A stretch of DNA of 64,000 nucleotides from Planctomycetota bacterium (GTDB taxonomy: Bacteria > Planctomycetota > GCA-002687715 > DRQF01), in NCBI GenBank assembly GCA_036479435.1, contig JAZGFI010000090.1, positions 38,980-102,979 of the forward strand, read 5' to 3'. Every line of letters begins with the position of its first letter. Position 1 is the stretch's first letter. The notes beneath the pieces are model-generated. The model was not told the origin of the DNA. It did no database searches and worked only from the letters and a program-made list of their open reading frames with translations. Shown in pieces: positions 59,867 to 64,000 of the stretch. A program made the translations under genes and the position numbers.

Positions 59867-60328
59867 GTGACGATCGACGCCTCAACCCACCTGTGTTCGA
59901 TGATGGTCCTTCGATTTGCACAAAAATCTGTCGATCGAATCAACGTGGATGGTGTAGGGCCCCATGGCGAGTCGATGTCAGTGTGGGGAGGGTTCGAGTG
60001 CCGGTGCGATGTGGTGCCGGGCCATCGCGCTGATCGTAGGTGGACGGCTAACTGGCTTGGTCATTTGGGGCCGGTGTCCCAAGGGTTGCCGCTGAATTTG
60101 GGGGATTGGAAGGGCAGGAGCCGCAAGGACGGCCGGTTTTCGATGCACGCGGATCTTGAAATGTTCCGCAGGGCGGCGGTTGGCAAGAGGCTAGTGCTCC
60201 AGGCGCAGACCCTCGACTCTGAACCCATGGCACCCGTTTCATTTTCGATCGGTCAAAAAGGCCTTGAGTTGAGAATTCAGCGCTCCGGAAAACGATCCCC
60301 GAGATCACGGTCACCGCGGCGCAGGTGA
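59867..60328 (+). CDS. Hypothetical protein
   Basis: 153-aa ORF; no motif recognised. Confidence 0.35.
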   Translation: MTIDASTHLCSMMVLRFAQKSVDRINVDGVGPHGESMSVWGGFECRCDVVPGHRADRRWTANWLGHLGPVSQGLPLNLGDWKGRSRKDGRFSMHADLEMFRRAAVGKRLVLQAQTLDSEPMAPVSFSIGQKGLELRIQRSGKRSPRSRSPRRR

Positions 60329-60436
60329 CGGATCTCAGGGTCGTGGTTTAGAGCGGTTGCGAGAATGGAAATGACTGGTGTCGAACTCAGCCCAATGTGA
60401 TGACCGAGCTGCGAACGAAAATTAGATGACTTGGCC

Positions 60437-61609
60437 TCAGTCGCCGATGACGATTTCAAGCCCGGGCGTGAAGGCGTAGCAAGACGCTGCCCCCATGTCG
60501 TATTGGATGAGCTGAAGGTAGACGCTCACTCCACAAAGGCTTTGATCCAAAGCAATCGGCACCGGAAACACGAGCCCTGCCCCGGGAATCCCGAACTCCA
60601 ACATGAAGGTTGAAGGGTCGAAGGGATCAACGGCAAACTCAGCCATGAGCGGCGCGAAAAAGAGGCTTGCGGGAGCAGTTCCCACTAAGAGGCAACCCAC
60701 GGTCGCAAGGCCGGAGGAGTTGTCGGCGACCAGGTTCGGTGTGGCCCCCACGATGGGGTCAGCATCGAAAGCGAGGTTGGGAATGCCCGTCGTTCCGGGG
60801 AACCCTGCGCCGTAGTTTTGGCGGACCGGCACGCCGGGGCAGGCGACGGTGAGAGAAAAAGCGTCGTAGGTCACGCCGGCTTGTGAGAAGTTGTAAAAGC
60901 CGAGGCGTCCGTTCGCGAAGTTCCCCGTGATGTTGATCTCCATGACGCCATCCACGAAGACTTGCAAGGTGGTCGCGTTGAAGACGAATTCGAAATTGTA
61001 GGTTTGGCCAGCGACCCAGCCGGTGTCATTCAGAGTGGCGCCGCGCTGGAGCTCGACGAGCCCTTGGCCTAGCGGCGAGCAGGCCGCGTTGTCAAAGTCG
61101 ACGTGCCCCCAAAACTCATCGGCGGTCGGAATGCCGGTGACCCTCGATACGGCGAGGCCGCGAGCCGCCAAGCTGCCCGGCGTGCATGATGGAGCTTGGA
61201 AGTCGAAGTTTTGGTTGCTGCGTTTCCAGTCTATGAGCAGGTAATCGGCATTGGCGTTGTTGATATCATTCGGCTGGTAGCCCAGCACGAATCCGATGTA
61301 GTCGTCGTCGCCGCCGGAGACGTTGATCTGTCCCGTAATATCAGTGTTGAAGGCCGTGAAATCGCTGTAGAAAAGGGTGGGCTGCCCGTTGATGACTTGA
61401 ATGACGGTGTCGCCACCCATCATCACATTCCATTGCCCGGCGCCGAAACCCGAAACGGCCGGATAGGACTCGGCGGTCCAGGTGTTCAGATTGACCGGTG
61501 CTTGTCCGAATCCAGTTTGGATCATCAAGAGCGCGCAGAAAAGGAGCAGGGAGGGGGAAAAGGCGAAGCTCGTCACGGCTGTTGTCAGGGGGGATCGTTT
61601 CGTGGTCAC
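60437..61609 (-). CDS. Secreted protein with thrombospondin C-terminal (TSP_C)-like lectin domain
   Basis: Signal peptide; DDDYIGFVLGYQ, LIDWK, GRLGFYNFSQ; start uncertain. Confidence 0.72.
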   Translation of the reverse strand: MTTKRSPLTTAVTSFAFSPSLLLFCALLMIQTGFGQAPVNLNTWTAESYPAVSGFGAGQWNVMMGGDTVIQVINGQPTLFYSDFTAFNTDITGQINVSGGDDDYIGFVLGYQPNDINNANADYLLIDWKRSNQNFDFQAPSCTPGSLAARGLAVSRVTGIPTADEFWGHVDFDNAACSPLGQGLVELQRGATLNDTGWVAGQTYNFEFVFNATTLQVFVDGVMEINITGNFANGRLGFYNFSQAGVTYDAFSLTVACPGVPVRQNYGAGFPGTTGIPNLAFDADPIVGATPNLVADNSSGLATVGCLLVGTAPASLFFAPLMAEFAVDPFDPSTFMLEFGIPGAGLVFPVPIALDQSLCGVSVYLQLIQYDMGAASCYAFTPGLEIVIGD

Positions 61610-61804
61610 GGGATTTCTCACTGGCTGTTCAAGAGGTAAGTATGGGCGGTTGCCCCCCAATGAAGCGGATTCGGCGACCGGATGTGACCGAAAAAGCCAG
61701 ATTAGTCTCGCAGCGGCTCAGCGGCGGGTTCGCGCACTCTCATGAATCCCAGATCGGGCCGATGGTCGGCTCGTCATGAGCGGCGACGGTTGGAAGTCCG
61801 AATT

Positions 61805-61840
61805 AAAAAAAGGGCCGCTCGGCTGATCACCGAGCGGCCC
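61805..61840 (-). terminator. Terminator of the qNor gene
   Basis: GGGCCGCTCGG-N7-CCGAGCGGCCC followed by T7 on the minus strand. Confidence 0.85.
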
Positions 61841-61855
61841 GGGCTTGTTTTTGGC

Positions 61856-64000
61856 TTAACTTTTCGTGTTCTTGCGGTAGGAATGGCCCGTTTTGAGCCC
61901 GATCACGAACCAGACCAAAGCAACAGCACCAAGGAAGAAGACGGTGTCGCCAATGACCCGCATCCAGCGGAGGTTCTGCATAATGGGGGTCTGCATGAAC
62001 TCGCTGCTGCGAGCGTACCAGTAACCGTGCTCAACCGAAGCCCAGGTCTGCATGAGGCCGACGGGCAAAAGGCTCAGGATGCACATGGCCATCAGGCCGC
62101 CGTTGAGGCTCCAAAACGAAAACTTGAGCACCCCCTCTTTCCAGTCACGGCCGGGAATGAGCACCCTCATGCACATTAGCATGAGGCCGATGCCAAGCAT
62201 TCCGTAGACCCCGAAGAGGGCGGCGTGTCCGTGCAAAGGTGTCGTGTTCAAGCCCTGCATGTAGTAGAGCGCAATGGGCGGGTTGATCATGAATCCGAAC
62301 AGGCCCGCGCCGACCATATTCCAAAACGCGACAGCAATGAAAAACAGAATCGGCCAGCGATAGCGTTGTACCCACGGTGACGACCGGGATTTGCGAAGGT
62401 CATCCATCGCGTCGAAACCAATGAGGACCAAAGGCACGACCTCAAGGGCACTAAAGACCGCTCCCCAGGCCATGGCCACAGGCGGCGAACCCGAGAAGTA
62501 AAGATGGTGGCAGGTTCCGATGATGCCGCCGGCGAGGAAGATCGTTGCGGACAAAAGGGCGGAGGCCGCCGCCAGTCCCGCGCGGATGAGGTTGAGGCGC
62601 ATGAAGATGAAGGCAATGACAACGGTAGCGAAGACCTCGAAGAAACCCTCTACCCACAGGTGAACCACCCACCAGCGCCAGTACTCGACCATCGAAAGAT
62701 GGGTGTGTTGTCCCCAGGTTAATCCAGCCCCGTAGAAAAGAGCGATGGCACCGCTGGCGACCGCGAGCAAAGCGACGAGTTGTTTTTGGTCACCTTGTCC
62801 AGAAAGGGCCGGGCGCAGCACTCGCAGCATCAAAAAGAGCCAAAGCAACAAGCCGATGAAGAGCCCGATTTGCCAGGCGCGCCCGAGGTCGACGTACTCA
62901 TAGCCTTGGTGGCCAAAGTAGAAAGCCGTCGAATCGGACATCTTGTTTTGAACGCTCAACCATTCGCCGGTCAAAGAACCGCCGACGACGACGAGTAGGG
63001 CTATGAACAAGATGTTGACACCGAGGCGCTGACCTTTGGGTTCTTTGCCGCTGACCAAGGGGCCGATGAAGAGACCCGCAGCGAGCCAGGCCGTCGCGAT
63101 CCAAAACAAGCCCAATTGGATGTGCCAAGTTCGACTAACGCTGTAGGGCAACCACTCGGAAAGGGGGAAGCCGTAAAAGCCATCGCCCTCGACTCCGTAG
63201 TGAGCCGTAATAATCCCGAGCGCCATCTGCAACAAGATGAGCAGCGACACGACCCAAAAGTACTTAAGGGTGGCGCGCTGGGAAGGAGTTGCCTCCCAGG
63301 CTCCCAGTGGGTCTGTTTTCGGTGCGACCGGCTTTTCGAGCTCTTCGCGTTTTGAGGCGTACCACCAGGCCATGGCGGCGATCCCCGCCAAGAGCACGAT
63401 GATGCTGACGCCGGTCCACACCAACGTTTCGCCGATCGCCCGGTTGGCGACCAAGGGTTCGTAGGGCCAGTTGTTGGTGTAGGAGATGTGATCGTCGGGG
63501 CGGTTCGTGGAGGCCGCCCAGGATGTCCAGAAAAAGAAAGACGTGAGCTGTCTTAGGCGTTCGGGATCCGTGACGGCTCCGGCCGGGATCGCATAGTCCG
63601 ATCGTCCCTTGCTGAAGACCTCGGCGTAGTGGGCTTCGAGCGCGCGGTAGGCTTCTCCGCGAATGTCCGCGACGGTAACGGTGCCGGTCTTGGGATCGTA
63701 GGTGTTGGTGCGGATAAGCGTGGTGAGCCGGCCGCTTAGCTGCGCCTGTCGTTCTTCATCGAGCGAATCGTAGTCGCCTTGAAACTCGGCCTTGGCCCAG
63801 CGATTCAAGATGAACATGGATTCTCGGTGCAAATAGTCGGCAGTCCAGTCGGGAGCGACGTAACTGCCGTGTCCCCAAATCGACCCGACTTCCATACCGC
63901 CCATCGTTTGCCAGACGTTTTGCCCGGCTCCGACCTGGCCCTCGCTGATGATGATCTCGCCGGAGCTAGTGACGACCTGTTTGGGAATGGGAGGGGCTCC
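61856..64000 (-). CDS. norB: Quinol-dependent nitric oxide reductase (qNor), 5' end outside the window
   Basis: WGHGSYVAPDW, YTNNWP, WWVVHLWVEGFFE, GTCHHLY, HGHAALFG; frame stays open to the window edge. Confidence 0.96.
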   Translation of the reverse strand, partial: GAPPIPKQVVTSSGEIIISEGQVGAGQNVWQTMGGMEVGSIWGHGSYVAPDWTADYLHRESMFILNRWAKAEFQGDYDSLDEERQAQLSGRLTTLIRTNTYDPKTGTVTVADIRGEAYRALEAHYAEVFSKGRSDYAIPAGAVTDPERLRQLTSFFFWTSWAASTNRPDDHISYTNNWPYEPLVANRAIGETLVWTGVSIIVLLAGIAAMAWWYASKREELEKPVAPKTDPLGAWEATPSQRATLKYFWVVSLLILLQMALGIITAHYGVEGDGFYGFPLSEWLPYSVSRTWHIQLGLFWIATAWLAAGLFIGPLVSGKEPKGQRLGVNILFIALLVVVGGSLTGEWLSVQNKMSDSTAFYFGHQGYEYVDLGRAWQIGLFIGLLLWLFLMLRVLRPALSGQGDQKQLVALLAVASGAIALFYGAGLTWGQHTHLSMVEYWRWWVVHLWVEGFFEVFATVVIAFIFMRLNLIRAGLAAASALLSATIFLAGGIIGTCHHLYFSGSPPVAMAWGAVFSALEVVPLVLIGFDAMDDLRKSRSSPWVQRYRWPILFFIAVAFWNMVGAGLFGFMINPPIALYYMQGLNTTPLHGHAALFGVYGMLGIGLMLMCMRVLIPGRDWKEGVLKFSFWSLNGGLMAMCILSLLPVGLMQTWASVEHGYWYARSSEFMQTPIMQNLRWMRVIGDTVFFLGAVALVWFVIGLKTGHSYRKNTKS

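Noticed and set aside
61856..64000. NO dismutase (Nod)
   Set aside because: Canonical qNor ligands HLWVEGFFE and HH are intact.

Overview
GC-rich bacterial chromosome segment, probably from a Planctomycetota lineage (inferred from DUF1580, a membrane-anchored ECF sigma factor and a PNQLRH-type integrase). 1-23.3 kb is mostly housekeeping: Na+-type pyrophosphatase, rsfS, DinG helicase, leucine dehydrogenase, ECF sigma, a cyclase/MscS-cNMP/PstS operon, elbB, slyX, trmL, tRNA-Ala, SIS proteins and secreted proteins. 23251-45424 is a ~22 kb island integrated in tRNA-Val(CAC) and bounded by a 44-bp direct repeat. It carries an integrase, an integrase remnant, DUF1580, AlpA, RadC, an HhH glycosylase-like operon, a minimal family-A-like polymerase, and a type I RM operon extended by an ABC-ATPase and a PLD-like gene. 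Two near-identical sigma54 promoters flank a sigma54 activator with a CARF-like N-terminus; they point at the RM operon and at a divergent DUF2130 gene. 45.6-64 kb holds a membrane-anchored ECF, an McrBC-like pair, and the most striking locus: a small disordered protein ending in GGE (Pup/UBact-like), a divergent PafA-family ligase and a WD40 protein in one operon, with no proteasome, ATPase or Dop gene in the window. The window ends inside a qNor gene. All family assignments come from motifs recognised by eye; no database searches were run.
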